Assembly: GCF_009914755.1 (NCBI RefSeq) | Contig: NC_060932.1 | Source of the DNA: the human T2T-CHM13v2.0 reference genome, Homo sapiens | Reading direction: 5' to 3' (one strand) | Length of the DNA stretch: 64,000 nt | In this document: in pieces, positions 33,020 to 45,717 of the stretch | Numbering within the stretch: position 1 is the first letter of the stretch | Layout: each line of letters starts with the position of its first letter | The notes under the pieces: generated by a model | What the model saw: the letters and a program-made list of their open reading frames with translations, nothing else | Told to the model about the DNA's origin: nothing | Databases searched by the model: none | Made by a program: the position numbers and the translations under genes

Positions 33020-35200
33020 AAGGCAAAGATCTCACAATGTATAAAAATAATTACACACCATGAACAAGGGAGATTTGTTCCAAGTATGCAGGGCTAGTTC
33101 AATAGCCAACAGTCAATCCGTGTATTCCTACGCATCAAAGGCTCAAGAAGAGAAATCATATGATTATATTAGCTGATACTTATACAGCATCACAATCCAA
33201 CAGACATCCATAATGAAAAAGTCTCAGCAACCTAGGAATGAAGGAAACTTAAAAAATTTGATAAACAACATCTGCAAAAAACCTACAGCTAACATCATAA
33301 TTAATGATGCAAAATTGAACACCTTCCACTAAATTGACAACAAGGCAGGGAAGTCCTCTCTCACCACTAAATTGGACTCAAAGTCCTGGTTAGGGAAATA
33401 AGACAAGAAAAGGAAATAAAGGTATTCACGCTGTAAAGCAAGAAGTAAAATATCTTTAGTCGCAGATGACATAATTGTCTATGAAGAAAATCCCAATCCA
33501 TCAATTAAAAAAAACTGGAACACGTAAGCAAGTACATCAAGGTTGCAGGACACGAGGTTAATATACAAAGGCCAATTACTCTCCTACTACCATTAATTAA
33601 CAATTGGACTTGCTTATTTTTAAGAAACATTTACAATGGCACCAAAATTGAAATAATTAGGTATAAACCTAACAAAATGTATGCAGGCTCTAAATGTGGG
33701 AAATTATAAAAATCTGAAGAAATAAAGAATATTTATTTGAATATTCTTTGAAATTTCAAATATTCTTTGAATATTTGAAAATCTGAATAAAAGGTGTAAT
33801 ATTCTGTGTTTGTAGATTAGAAGGCTCAATAACGTTAAGATGTCAGTTCTTCACAATTTAATCTATAGTTTCAATGCTATTCCAATCAAAAACTCTACAA
33901 TTTTGTAGACATTAACAAACAGACTAAAATTTATATGAAAAGGCAAAACATGTAACATAGCTAACACCTAACTGATGAAGAAAAGACATTACTCAATTTT
34001 GAGACTTACAAGAAGCTATAAAAATCAATAAAATGTAGTGCTGGCAAATGAATAAACAGATAGATCAATTGAACAAAATAGAGAGCCCAGAAATGGATCC
34101 ACACAAAAAGTCAACTGATATTTGACAAAGAAGCAAAAGAAATTCAATAGAGAAAAGATAGCCTCTTACTTCATTTTAAAAATAGATAGCCTTTTAAATA
34201 AATGGTGCTGGAACAATCAGATGTACACATAAAAAATAAGCTAGACAAGATAAAGACCATACACCTTTTACAAAAATTAACTTAAAATGAATCATAGACC
34301 AAACTAGAAAAAAAAACTATAAAACTTCTAGAAGAAAATACAGGAAAACATATAAGTAACCTTAGCCTTGAAATGAGTGTTTACATATAACAGCAATAGC
34401 ATGATTCATGAAAGAAAAAAATTGATAAATTGGGCTCTATTAAAATTAACAGTTTCTGCTCTGTGAAAGACTCTAAGAAAATAAAAAGATGGATCATAGG
34501 CTGGAAGAAGATATTTTCAAATCACAACACTTGTATCTGAATATACAAAAAACAGTTTAAAATTCAACAATACAAAAATTAAAATGGACAAAAAAATCCG
34601 GAAAGATGCCTTGACAAAAAATATATACAAATGGAAGATAGGTATATACAAAATTCTCAACACAAATTTTTTTAGAGAACAAAGTTAAAACAACAATGAA
34701 TTACCACTGCATGCCTATTAAAATGGCTAAACTCCCCCAAACATTGACAATATCAGTTACTGCTGAGGATGCAGAATAACAGGAACTCTCATTCATTATT
34801 AGTGGAAATAAAAAATCCTTCAACCACATTAGAAGACAGTTTAGCAGTTTCTTACAAAACTAGACATAATCTTACCACAGGATACAGCAATCACACAGTT
34901 AGGGTTAGGTATTTATCCCACTGATCTGCAAATTTATGCCCACAAAAAAATCATTCATGCAAATGTTTATAGCAGCTTTATTTAAAATCTTCAAAAATTG
35001 GAAGCATCTGAGATGCTATTTAATAGGTGAATGAATAACCAAACTGTGGTTCATCTGTACAATAAAACATTTTCAACACCAAAAGGAAATGAGTTAGTAA
35101 GCCTTGAAAAAATAATAATGGATCTTATAATAAATACTTATTTCTAAGTGAAAGAATTCTGCCTGAGATGTTGCAGTATACAAGGATTCCAATTCTCCAC
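33020..35200 (+). mobile_element. Old L1M ORF2 3' half and 3' UTR (sense)
   Basis: Decayed RT region ('gtcgcagatgacataattgtctatg') and downstream ORF2 and 3' UTR motifs. Confidence 0.8.
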
Positions 35201-35219
35201 GTCTTTGGAAAGACTTTTT

Positions 35220-36050
35220 CTTTCCCATTAAAAAAAGTATTATAATGACCATCTTAGTAATTTTTAAGTAGTATCTTACTGGGGTTTGAATTTGCATTTC
35301 TTTAATGACTCAGGATGTTGAACATCTTCTCCTGGGTTCATTGATCATTTGTGTGTCTTCTCTAGCAAAACGTCAAATCAACTCTGTCCATTTTTAAATT
35401 GAGTTAGTTTTTTCTGTTTTCGCTTTGACATGAGAAGTTTTTATATATTCTGGATACTAGAATGCTGTCAAATATGTGATTTGCAAATATTTTCTGCCTT
35501 CTATGAATTGCCTTTCTCCCTTCCTTGATAATGTTCTTTAATGCATAAAGTTTTAATTTTGATAAAGTCAAATATATATATTCATATATATATACATATA
35601 TATGTGTATATCTATATATATATTTGGTTGTTTGTGCCTTCATATCTAAGTTTCATATCCAAAGTTCTTTTGCCAAATCCAAAGTCATTAAGACTTACCC
35701 TTATGTTTTCTTCTAAGAGTTTTGTGGTTTTAGCTCTATATTTAGTACACCAATTCATTTTGAATTAATTTTTATATCTGCTGTGAGGTAGCAGTTCAAC
35801 TTTATTTTGCATGTAATATCTAGTTTTCCCAATATTATTTAAAAAATTTTTTTTTCATTGAATAGTCTTGGTACCTTTGTTGAAAATCAGGTTGCCAAAG
35901 ACATATGCGTTTATTTCTGGACTCTCAAGTCTATTTCATTGGTGTATATGTTCATCATTCTTTTGATTACAGTAGTATTTTAGTAAGTTTTGAGATTGGG
36001 GACTCTGGGTTTTTCAAGTTTGTTCCAACTCTGTCTTGTATGTTGTATTT
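35220..36050 (-). mobile_element. Old L1M ORF2-end fragment (antisense) with (TA)n expansion
   Basis: ORFs at 35094-35297 and 35404-35643 resemble the L1 ORF2 C-terminus (KIFANHIFD). Confidence 0.7.
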
Positions 36051-36207
36051 CTTTATAGAATATCTTTCTTTGTTCTGGCAGACAGTTAAACTCCTTGCAT
36101 AACAATGAAGTTTTTTCAGCTTTTATAAGATGGCTCTAGGTTGTCTTTAGTCTAGAGATAGTTTTATTTGACTACTAAAGCCTGACCCATCTTGGTCTCT
36201 ATTGAAA

Positions 36208-36310
36208 CGTATATATATATGTGTGTGTGTGTGTATACATATGTATATACGTGTATGTATGTATATATGTGTATGTGTATGTATATATGTGTGTATATAT
36301 GTATATAGTG
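36208..36310. repeat. (TA/TG)n low-complexity repeat
   Basis: Direct reading. Confidence 0.85.
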
Positions 36311-37039
36311 TAAGTTCCCTTTACCCTGGCTGACAAGAAGTTGTGTTATTTCCAGATCTTTCTGAGCACTCTGGAATTGTTATGCTTATAGAGCTCCATT
36401 AGTTGTTCTTTTCATATAGTTGTTCTTTGCCAGCCTCATGAAGTTTTACGCTATACGTGACAGATTGGTATTCAGAAAAAGATACGATGATACTTTTTCT
36501 CTGTTTTGCTCCCTATTCTCTGGTATTCTACCCTATAAATTCTAGAAACTTTTGCCTCTCAAAACTCTAAGCTTTGCTTCCTCAACTAAGCTTTTAAACT
36601 CTGCTTTGTTCCACTTTCCTTGCCTATGGTTGAGAAATCACCTCCAGTCAGAAAATAAGCATTAATGTCTTTTCTGTGGGTCTACTGTTTTCATTAATAA
36701 TGTCTAGTGTTATTTCTTAGACTCAAATTTATTTTCTATGCATTTCCACTTTTTGTTTGTATAAGGCTCCCATAAAATGGGCTTGATCTGTTGCTTTGCA
36801 TACTCTGCAAAACTCTGGTGCTGCGTGACTATTCCCAGTAAGAAAACTGTTAAATGGGCCACGGTATCCATTCTTCTCTCCTCCATTATTTACCTGAAGG
36901 AAAGCACAAACGCTCTTTTTGCTTTACTGTTAAGGAACTTTACAGGGTATTTATTTTCAATGAAGTAGTTATACTGTTTAATAATTTTTTAGCCTAAACC
37001 CAGAAGCTGAGCCAGTTTCCTTTCTTATTGATTCAATGT

Positions 37040-37507
37040 TATAAAAGCCAGAAAGCGAAAATGCTTATTTTCTCAGACACTCTTACAGCTGTGTGTTGAC
37101 TTACAGCTAGACATAGACAATGAAATGTAAGCAAAAGTCATAAAGTGGCTCTTAGGGGGAAATTTATAAAAGTAATAAAATGCACTTGGGCCTTTCAACC
37201 TTTGCTTCCTGATTTTTTTGTTTTGTTTTCTTTGTTTATTTTTTTGGATATGGGCTTAATACCTGAAGTGTGACAGTTATTTTACAACCACGAGGTAACA
37301 AGCATTAACACAACGGCTACATGCCACCAATGATGGTGCAGACAGATAGTGCATTGGGATCCTCAAACCTGGGTCATTGAGCAGCTGCACTTTGAAGGGC
37401 TGCCCTCATTTGAGCTTCTGTTAAAGTAAGATAAATAAATAATTATTTCAGTCACCATTATTTACATTTCCTTTTGCTTTCAGTAAAGTGAATTTGTATC
37501 TGATTCA
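37040..37507 (+). mobile_element. Old MLT1J/K-like LTR
   Basis: 'caatgaaatgtaagcaaaagtc', 'ttttacaaccacgagg', 'cattgagcagctgcac', ends 'tctgattca'. Confidence 0.5.
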
Positions 37508-37982
37508 AATATATTCTCTATTTTACAATTTCTGATCGACATATATAACAGAAAATTCTATTGGAATGTTTACTCTAAAAATATAAAATTTCCCAAACCC
37601 CTGCTCCCAAGAAAGGATAAGATGACTAATTCCCTTTCCTAGGAGGCATTCTGAACAAAAGAATGGGTAACCTCATTTGTCACAAAGCCTTTAACAAGCC
37701 CAAATATTGAACTCTTTAGGGTATTACTAATAGAGTATATATTTCTGAACCATTATTAAATAATACCTATCATAAATATTTTTTATCCTTTAGTTGAATA
37801 TTTGCTTCCTATCTTCTTAGAGTTTTAAATATCTGAAATGGATTTGGTACCATATTGCTCTTTTACTTATCTGCGTTTCTAACTTTTTATAATTTAACAA
37901 AATTAGGAAGATTTTTTTCCTAAATTTTTTTCAATATGAAGAACTGTAAAAGGAATTGTTAAGCCACCGTCATCACTCATTA

Positions 37983-38205
37983 CTAAGAGACTCTGGGAGC
38001 CTGGCTCTCTGATCATGCTATCTTAGATTTGAATCAACGTTGATATTTACTAGCTATGTGAGCTAGGCAAGTGACTAAATTTCACAAAGTCTCCATTTTC
38101 TTTCAAACCATGGATAAAATACAAGGTTGTGAGATGTAAATGAAACAATATTTGTTTATGTTAGTGTCTGAAATATACTAGATCTTAATATGTGATTGCT
38201 ATTGT
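37983..38205 (+). mobile_element. MIR SINE
   Basis: Core 'tttactagctatgtgagctaggcaagtgactaaa' and 'ggttgtgagatgtaaatgaaa'. Confidence 0.7.
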
Positions 38206-38381
38206 TACTTTTAGTGTCAATTATTATTCAGCAATTCAGACTGTAACATACTCTGTTAGTTCAAATTACTTTCTTAATTTGTATTAGCCATCACAATCAG
38301 TTTGGACAAAATTACATTATCCCAGGAAATGCTTGTCATTACAAACATGTAGAGTTTGTTTAGCACAATATGAAATGAATA

Positions 38382-39568
38382 CCATCATGCAGCACTTAAA
38401 GACAAAGATGTGTTCTGAAATGCATTGTTAGTTAATTTTGTCTTGTGGGAACATCAGAGTGTAGTTACACAAACCTAACTGGTATAGCCTACTATACACC
38501 TAGGCTACAAACCTATCCAGCATGTTACTGTACTGAATACTGTAGGCAACTGTAACACAGTGTTATGTATTTGTGTACTTAATAGATATCTAAAAATAGA
38601 AATGGTACAGTAAACATACAAAGTAAAAGTTTAAAAATGGTATAACTGTATACAGCACTTACCATGAATGGAGCTTGCAGGACTGGAAGTTGCTCTGGAT
38701 GAGTCAGGGAATGAGTGGTGAGTGAATGTGAAGATGAAGGACATTACCGTACACCATCATAGGCTTTATGAACACTGTACATTAGTATACACTACATTTA
38801 TTTTAAAAAATATTCATTCAATTATAAATTAACTTTAGCTTACTGTAACTTTTTTACTTTATAAACTTTTTTCATTTTTTAAGCTTCTTTACTCTTTGGC
38901 AATAACCGAACTTAAAACACAAACATGTTGCAAAGCTGTACAAAAATAGTTTCTGTCTCTATATCCTTATTCTATTAGTCTTTTCCTTTTTTTATTTCTA
39001 ATTTTTACTTTTTATACCATTTTATTAAAAATTAAGACACAAACACACATATTAGCTTAGGCCTACCCAGGGTCAGGATTATCAATATCACTGTCTTTCA
39101 TATCCATATGTTGTCCTACTGGAAAGTCTTCCGGGGCCGTAACACACATAGTATTGTTGTTTCCTACAACAATAGCAAACAGCCTTCCTCTGGAATACCT
39201 CCTGGAGGACCTGCCTGAGGCTGTTTTGCAGTTAACATCTTTTTAATAAGTAGAAGGAGTACACTCTAAAATAATAATAAAAAGTAGAACATAGTAAATT
39301 AATAAACCAGTGACACAGTTGTTTATTATCATTATCAAGTATTATGTACATACATGATCATATGTGCTATATTTTATATGACTATCAGCACCGGTTTGTT
39401 TGCACTAACATCACCACAAACATGTAAGTAATGCCTAGAACTGTGATGTTAGATGGCAACAACATCATCAGGCAATAGGAATTTTTTGGCTTCATTATAA
39501 TTTTATGAGACCACCTTTGTACATGTGGTCCATCTTTGACTGAAATGTCATTATGTGGCACATGGCTT
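38382..39568. mobile_element. Tigger3b/MER7-type non-autonomous DNA transposon (~1.2 kb)
   Basis: Degenerate TIRs ('c..tcatgcagcac' / 'tcattatgtggcacatg'); internal 'atgaatggagcttgcaggactggaagttgctctg'. Confidence 0.85.
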
Positions 39569-39885
39569 GACCAATATCCAATTAATCCCATCATTGTAAA
39601 TGATATGATCAAAATAACATGTACATCACTGGATACCAACATATCTGTAGAATTTGGGCCATATAGACAACCTCTACTAATCTGACTTTGTACTTTGTTC
39701 ACGATTCCATAAACTTGCTAAGAATTGAGTTTCATAAACTGAAACAGAGAACTTAAAACCAGGGTATGTGAGTAGCTTGCTAGGTAATCCTATGATGACT
39801 CCATCATTCAAAAATTCAATGGTAAATGCATTAATGTTAAGAAGAGGCTTGAACCTTGCACACCTAAAGCTTTTATGAGATGTGA

Positions 39886-40267
39886 TGTATTAGTTTGCTA
39901 GAGCTGCCATAATAGTATCACAAACTAGGTGCTTAAATAACAGGAATTTATTTTATCAGAATTCTGGAGGCTAGAAGTCTGAGATTGAGATGTCAACAGG
40001 GCTGATTTCTTCTTATGTCTTTCTCCTGGACTTGTAGATGACTGTCTTTTGCTTGTGCCAGTTGGACTTTGCTCTGCACAGTCTGTGTCCTAATCTCCTC
40101 TGCTTATAAGGACACCAGTCATATTGGATTAGGGCCCACTCTAATGACCTCATTTTAACTTAATTACCTCTTTAAAGACCCATCTCCAAACACCGTCACA
40201 TTATGAGCTATTGGATATTAGGACATCAACAAATTAATTTTAAGAGGACATAATACAGCCCATAAAA
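39886..40267 (-). mobile_element. MLT1B-like solo LTR
   Basis: 'tgtattagtttgctagagctgcc...ttataaggacaccagtcatattggattagggcccac'; TSD tgtga/tgtgg. Confidence 0.85.
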
Positions 40268-43200
40268 TGTGGGTAGATTATATTGTGAAAGAGTGGATAT
40301 AGAATGAAGCATTCCTTAACATTACACATTCAGAACTATGTTCCAACAGTAATTTTTAAATTATATACTAATTCAAATGGCTTTCTTACTGTAAAACCAT
40401 TAAGGCAGTGGCTCTATACTAATTGATGGATTTCTTTTGAAAGTATCTAATAGCTTATTTTAAAAATTATTTGCAGAGTTTAATTTTTAAATTAATGCTT
40501 TAATGCTTTGAGAATATTCTATTCTCTCTGCATGGTCAGCAAACCAAAATATGGCTTAGGCGTTAGAAACACCTATTTGAAACTCATGCAAAGCATCAAC
40601 ATTTGATGTATTTACAGAACCTAATAGATTTATCAATTATACTTTTGGACATCAAAGGTTAACGCTTTAAAAACTAAGCCCCTAATCATAAGCCAGCTCT
40701 TGTTATATATTTTGCTTAATTATGTTTTCTCTTTTCATTGTATTTCTGAAAATGTGATTTTGGTAAATTCCTACTTACTGTAATTATTTTCATCTGAGTA
40801 TTAGTAGTACAATTATTCTTTTAACTGATAATATTTATAATAATTGATTGTGTGCCAGTTCATTTATACACAGCATATAAGAAATCATTGAAAGCACAAT
40901 ATTTATTTTCCTTGTTTAATATGCCATAGTGTTTCAACAATTGTGATATTGGGAGAAAAAAAAAAAGAGTAATGTTTGATGGGGCACATGGAACTGTTCC
41001 CCAGAGGCTCACGAAGAATAGTATGTGATAACTTCCAGGGAATCATTTGAATAGTGGTGAGATTTTCTTTGATTTCTACACAGTTGTAATACAAATTAGG
41101 TAAAAATAAAAAAATTATATAGAAGTATTCTAGAATCATTGTATCTATTTTCCCTAGTATGTATTTTTCCTGAAAGTTACTTCCCTCTAGTGGATATTTA
41201 TTATGCATAATTATGAATATATATTTATTGAATAAGTATGTTTGTCACTACAAGTTTTCACAGTAGCTGGTTATAGAACACAGCATGCGAGTTAGCTCCC
41301 TCCCTTTTTTATTTCCACTGGTTTATGTTTTCAATAGGTGAATTAGAAAATTTCAGAAAATTGGTTACTGAAAATTGAATTGGGAATGGTAGGATCTATT
41401 CTGAAACCTGCCTTTTGGTGTTTACCTCAATGTGTGCTTCTGTGTGTTTGCTTGATTTACATTTAGCAATATCTAAGTGCAAATAGTAATCATACACCAA
41501 AGTAAACGGGACTATATGCAATTGCTTCCTCCGTTTCTTCAATTGCAATTGCAATCCCATAGATTCCAATCTTGACAGGTAGCATAATTAGAAAATTCTC
41601 TTTGTCTTATTAAATGTGACTCTTGTCAATAGAATTCACTTCATTGCCAGCAAAGAACAGAAAATATACTTCAAATCTAAAATGGAAAATCAAGGGGGAC
41701 TGTTTTATTTTTATCTGTCTTTGTGCAAGCGACATTATTATCAAAGGATATTGTAATGCTGAAAATGTACTTTGGGGATTTAAATCATGCATTAGCCTGG
41801 AAAGCAAAAAGTGCTGTAGGGCCCATGCAATATATTTTCTCATTAATCTGATTGAAAGATTATCCTTCCTATAGCTATGAAAAGTCTAATACTCATATAT
41901 CCATCTTCTCTGCTAGTAAAATTCAGCTTTGTGCAAAGTCATTGTCTCTTGTGTCAGGGGTTCAACACTTTTTTTTCTCTCTCAGCATAAGCCCATCTGT
42001 ATTAAAATAAATTCAGAACAGGCCGCCATTTCATGCACACATTTTGATTATTTCATAAGCTGCTGTGGAAATGGAAGTATCAGCAAGTCATGCAGTTTCC
42101 TGGTAATGTAATGCTGTCATTACCTCAGTGGTCATGTGAAAAAGTTTAGCTGTACCATCTTTGACAAATGTTCAGTAAGTCAAAACAGTGCATTTAAATG
42201 AAATGCAGATATGAATGAGCTATTATTGCAATCACAACTCTGGCTTCTAAATTATCTTATATGAATATATACACCTTCTCTGTAGCCTGACATTTGTAAT
42301 ACATAACTAGCTCTGCATTTCCTCTTTCTTCACCCACCCTGCCTCTTTTCTCCGCATCATCCTCCAGATTCAGGATGAAGGAAGGTATTGTGAGCAGAGG
42401 CTGCATGCAGTAATTGAAGATACTCTTGATGCTTTTATGCAATCAGAGTGGCACATTATTTGTGATGAAAATTAAGTAAAGAAACAAAGCAGACATATAG
42501 GTTGCCTTGCTATGGTCAATGCCTTCACAAAAGATTAGCAAATCAACGTGCATAAGCCCCATTAAAAGCAAACTCCAACTAAACTACTTACATGCTTTTC
42601 TGCATAAGAGATTCTCTAAAAATTTTGTGTACCCTTAGTAGTAACTTGAAGCACTTTGTGATTTTGATGAAACTACGGAAAATGTCTTAAACTGAATGAT
42701 TTCTATTCAGCGCACTTAGAGTGCTGATACCAAGAACAGTATAGATGGCTCCAGCCATAACTGTCACACAGATAATATTTTTTTATGCCTCAAGACACTA
42801 AGATGGTGCTGCAGATAACCAAAAGAAATAAGCTGCCACCATCACTAATCTGCAGCTTTGAAACACTATAGTTTTTGCATGGTTAAGAGGAGGTAAAATC
42901 ACCTGCCGGTATAATAGAGAAGACATTTTAAAAGTGAACAGGAGCTGGAAGAATTAAGGCTTTCATATTTATTTGTAATCCATATGCACCATGGATCAAA
43001 TCGTCCATATCCTATTTTACATGTTTATGTATGACAATTGGAAATGCAAAATGAGCTGGGGCCTTTACATTTCCCCAGGACATCTTTGCTAATGTAGTGA
43101 AATGAAAATCTAAGGAGTGTTTGGCTTTAGTGTTCCCTTCAGAGGTTAACTTTGGGGATCTTAAGTGTGTTCTTATGGCTGGATTTGTAATGTATGTAGC

Positions 43201-45191
43201 AGATTAGAGTGCATTATGATATTCAGATGCAACACCAGAGCAATATAAAAAAATTGCTGTCTATATTTTTCTCACCAAACAAATATTGCTTGAGGGCTTT
43301 TTACACGGATAAAATTGAATTTTGTATCCCTCTTGCATAATGTGACTTATCAGCTACTTTCTGTATGTGTGAGCCTGGGGTTTGTTGAGCATAAATCATA
43401 AGCAAAGTTTGATGAACATCTTTTGTAAAGCTAGGATACTAGATCCATAGAAAGAACATAATTAGTTTTATGTGTTTGACTATATTTTGAGGTGAAATAT
43501 ATCATTTCCTATCACAATGGAATGCATCCTTACTGGCAAGAAAAATAGTAATCCTTGATACTTGTTCATAAGGAAAATAAATAAATATAAGATCAAAACA
43601 AAATTTTAAATACTAAATTTATTCATATTTAATTTAAATAATTGTTTTTCATATTCAGTTTGGAAATATCTAATCAGAAATCTTTTCATTCAAGAACACA
43701 GTCTGACATTCAAGACACAGGGAAACAGAGAGAAAAAATATTGATAAACCAAATATAATATAATGGACCCTACAATGAAATCATTTTCAGATTATTTGTT
43801 TTAAGAATGTGATAGTTTTCCGGGGAAAAGAAAAGTTTGACTTGAAAATGTAGAGCAAGATACAGAATTTTTTTAATCGAACATAAGAACTATCAATACT
43901 AATCTGCTAATTTGTGCCCCAAAATGCAATCATATTGTTGGGACAAAAACACAATGCATTCAGGAAGCTATTAAATGCACAGCAGTATTTGAAATCGAAC
44001 CACAGTGACTTGTTGTTATGGCATGCTGACATTATTGGTTCTTGTATATAGTTACATAATGATCTCTGAAGCCAGCTTTAAAAACTGTTCTGTTCTATAA
44101 AACCAGTTAACAGATGTCAAAATCTGACGACAGAATCAACTTTCTTAAACCCTTACCTTAAACCCACATTTAAGAGACTCTTTTCCAATTAAAAAAATAA
44201 AATAAATTGTTACTATTTGTTCCCTCTCTAAAGGGTCTCTGGTATAGTAGACTCTTTTGTCTTCTATTTCCAATTTATTATGAATGTCATCTGCCAATGA
44301 TCTTTGACCCACATGTACCACTGAAATTATGTCAGTGCTTGAGGAAAAAACCACAGTATCATTATTAGTTATAATTTTTTTCTAACTGCATTACTAATAT
44401 AATATACACTTTCTATTCTGTGTAAAAATTTATATTTTGCTAGAGGAAGTCTACATTAATTAAAATATACAAAAGACAATGTAAGGAGAAATCATTTTAT
44501 CCATAACACTTTCATACATTTTATGGTTATATCTTGCAACAATAGAATCTGTTGTGATTTCAGCTCACAATATCAAAGAATACAACAATGATGGCATCCA
44601 GTAGTGTTGTGAAGAATTGTTTTGGATAATTATTTTCTGACCCAAAGTAAAAAGTTTCTCAAATTAGACAGCCATGAAAGTAAAAATAAAATGGAATTAT
44701 ATTGAAAACGATTAAACATTCTCTTCTCCTTTCAAGCTTCTAAATAAAACAACTCAAAAATAGTACACAAAAAAGAAACTCATTTTCAGTGTTTTTGCAT
44801 ATTTCTCAAATAAATAAGATGACATCTAGAAAATGGAATTGCTGTAGCAAAACTGCTTTTTGTTCTGTGAAAGCCCTTGCTTTTGTAATTGTAAATGAAG
44901 CTGTTTCATCTGGTTTATATGCTGCTTTTCCCACTGTTGCAGCTTAGGGCAATACGAATGATTAGTTGCCTGATTCTGGATTCATATAGGCTCAACTATG
45001 AGAACTAGACTCAGGCATTTAAATGACTGAACTGATGTAAGACCATAAACCATTCCAGACCATTTATACAAATGGAACCGGCCAGGCATTTTATCAAATC
45101 TCCCATTACAGGGAATAGCTCTGTATTAGCTCCATGCAATTTTTTTACCTCTCCCAAAATATTGGGGAGGTGGTGCACCTCCCCAATTATT

Positions 45192-45375
45192 TGGGTATGG
45201 TGGTGCACACCTGTAGTTCCAGCTAGTGGGGAAGCTGAGGTTGGAGGATCACTTGAGACCAGGATGTCAAGGCTGCAGTGAGCCATGATTGTGCCACTGC
45301 ACACTCCAGCCTAGTGTATAGTGTGAGGCTCTGTCTCAAAAAAAAAAAAAAAAAAAAAAGAAAAGAAAAAAGAAA
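45192..45375 (+). mobile_element. Alu monomer (FRAM or AluJ right arm) with A tail
   Basis: 'ggtggtgcacacctgtagttccagcta...ggaggatcacttgag...ggctgcagtgagccatgatt'. Confidence 0.85.
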
Positions 45376-45403
45376 AGGAGGAATGGACTTGTAGACCGAC
45401 ACA

Positions 45404-45717
45404 CAGTTGGCCCTTCATATCCATGAGTTCTGCATCTGTGGGTTCAACCATCTGCGGATCAAAAATATTCAGATAAAAGTGTCTGTACTGCACATGTACA
45501 GACTTTTTTTTGCCATTATTCCCTAAACACAGTATAGCAACTATTTGCATAGCATTTACATTTTATTAGGTATTGTAAGTAATCTAGAGATGATTTAAAG
45601 TATGCAGGTAGATGTGTGTAGGTTATATGTAAAAACAGCATTTTATTTCAAGGATTTGAGCATATGTGGCTTTGGATATTTGCAAGGGCTCCTGGAACCA
45701 ATTCTGAGGGATGACTG
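45404..45717 (-). mobile_element. MER2 (Tigger family) MITE
   Basis: TIRs 'cagttggccctt' / 'gagggatgactg' followed by TA; internal 'aagtaatctagagatgatttaaagta'. Confidence 0.85.

Noticed and set aside
34899-34909. ttagggttagg telomere-like motif
   Set aside because: Fewer than two full units, inside an L1; compatible with chance.
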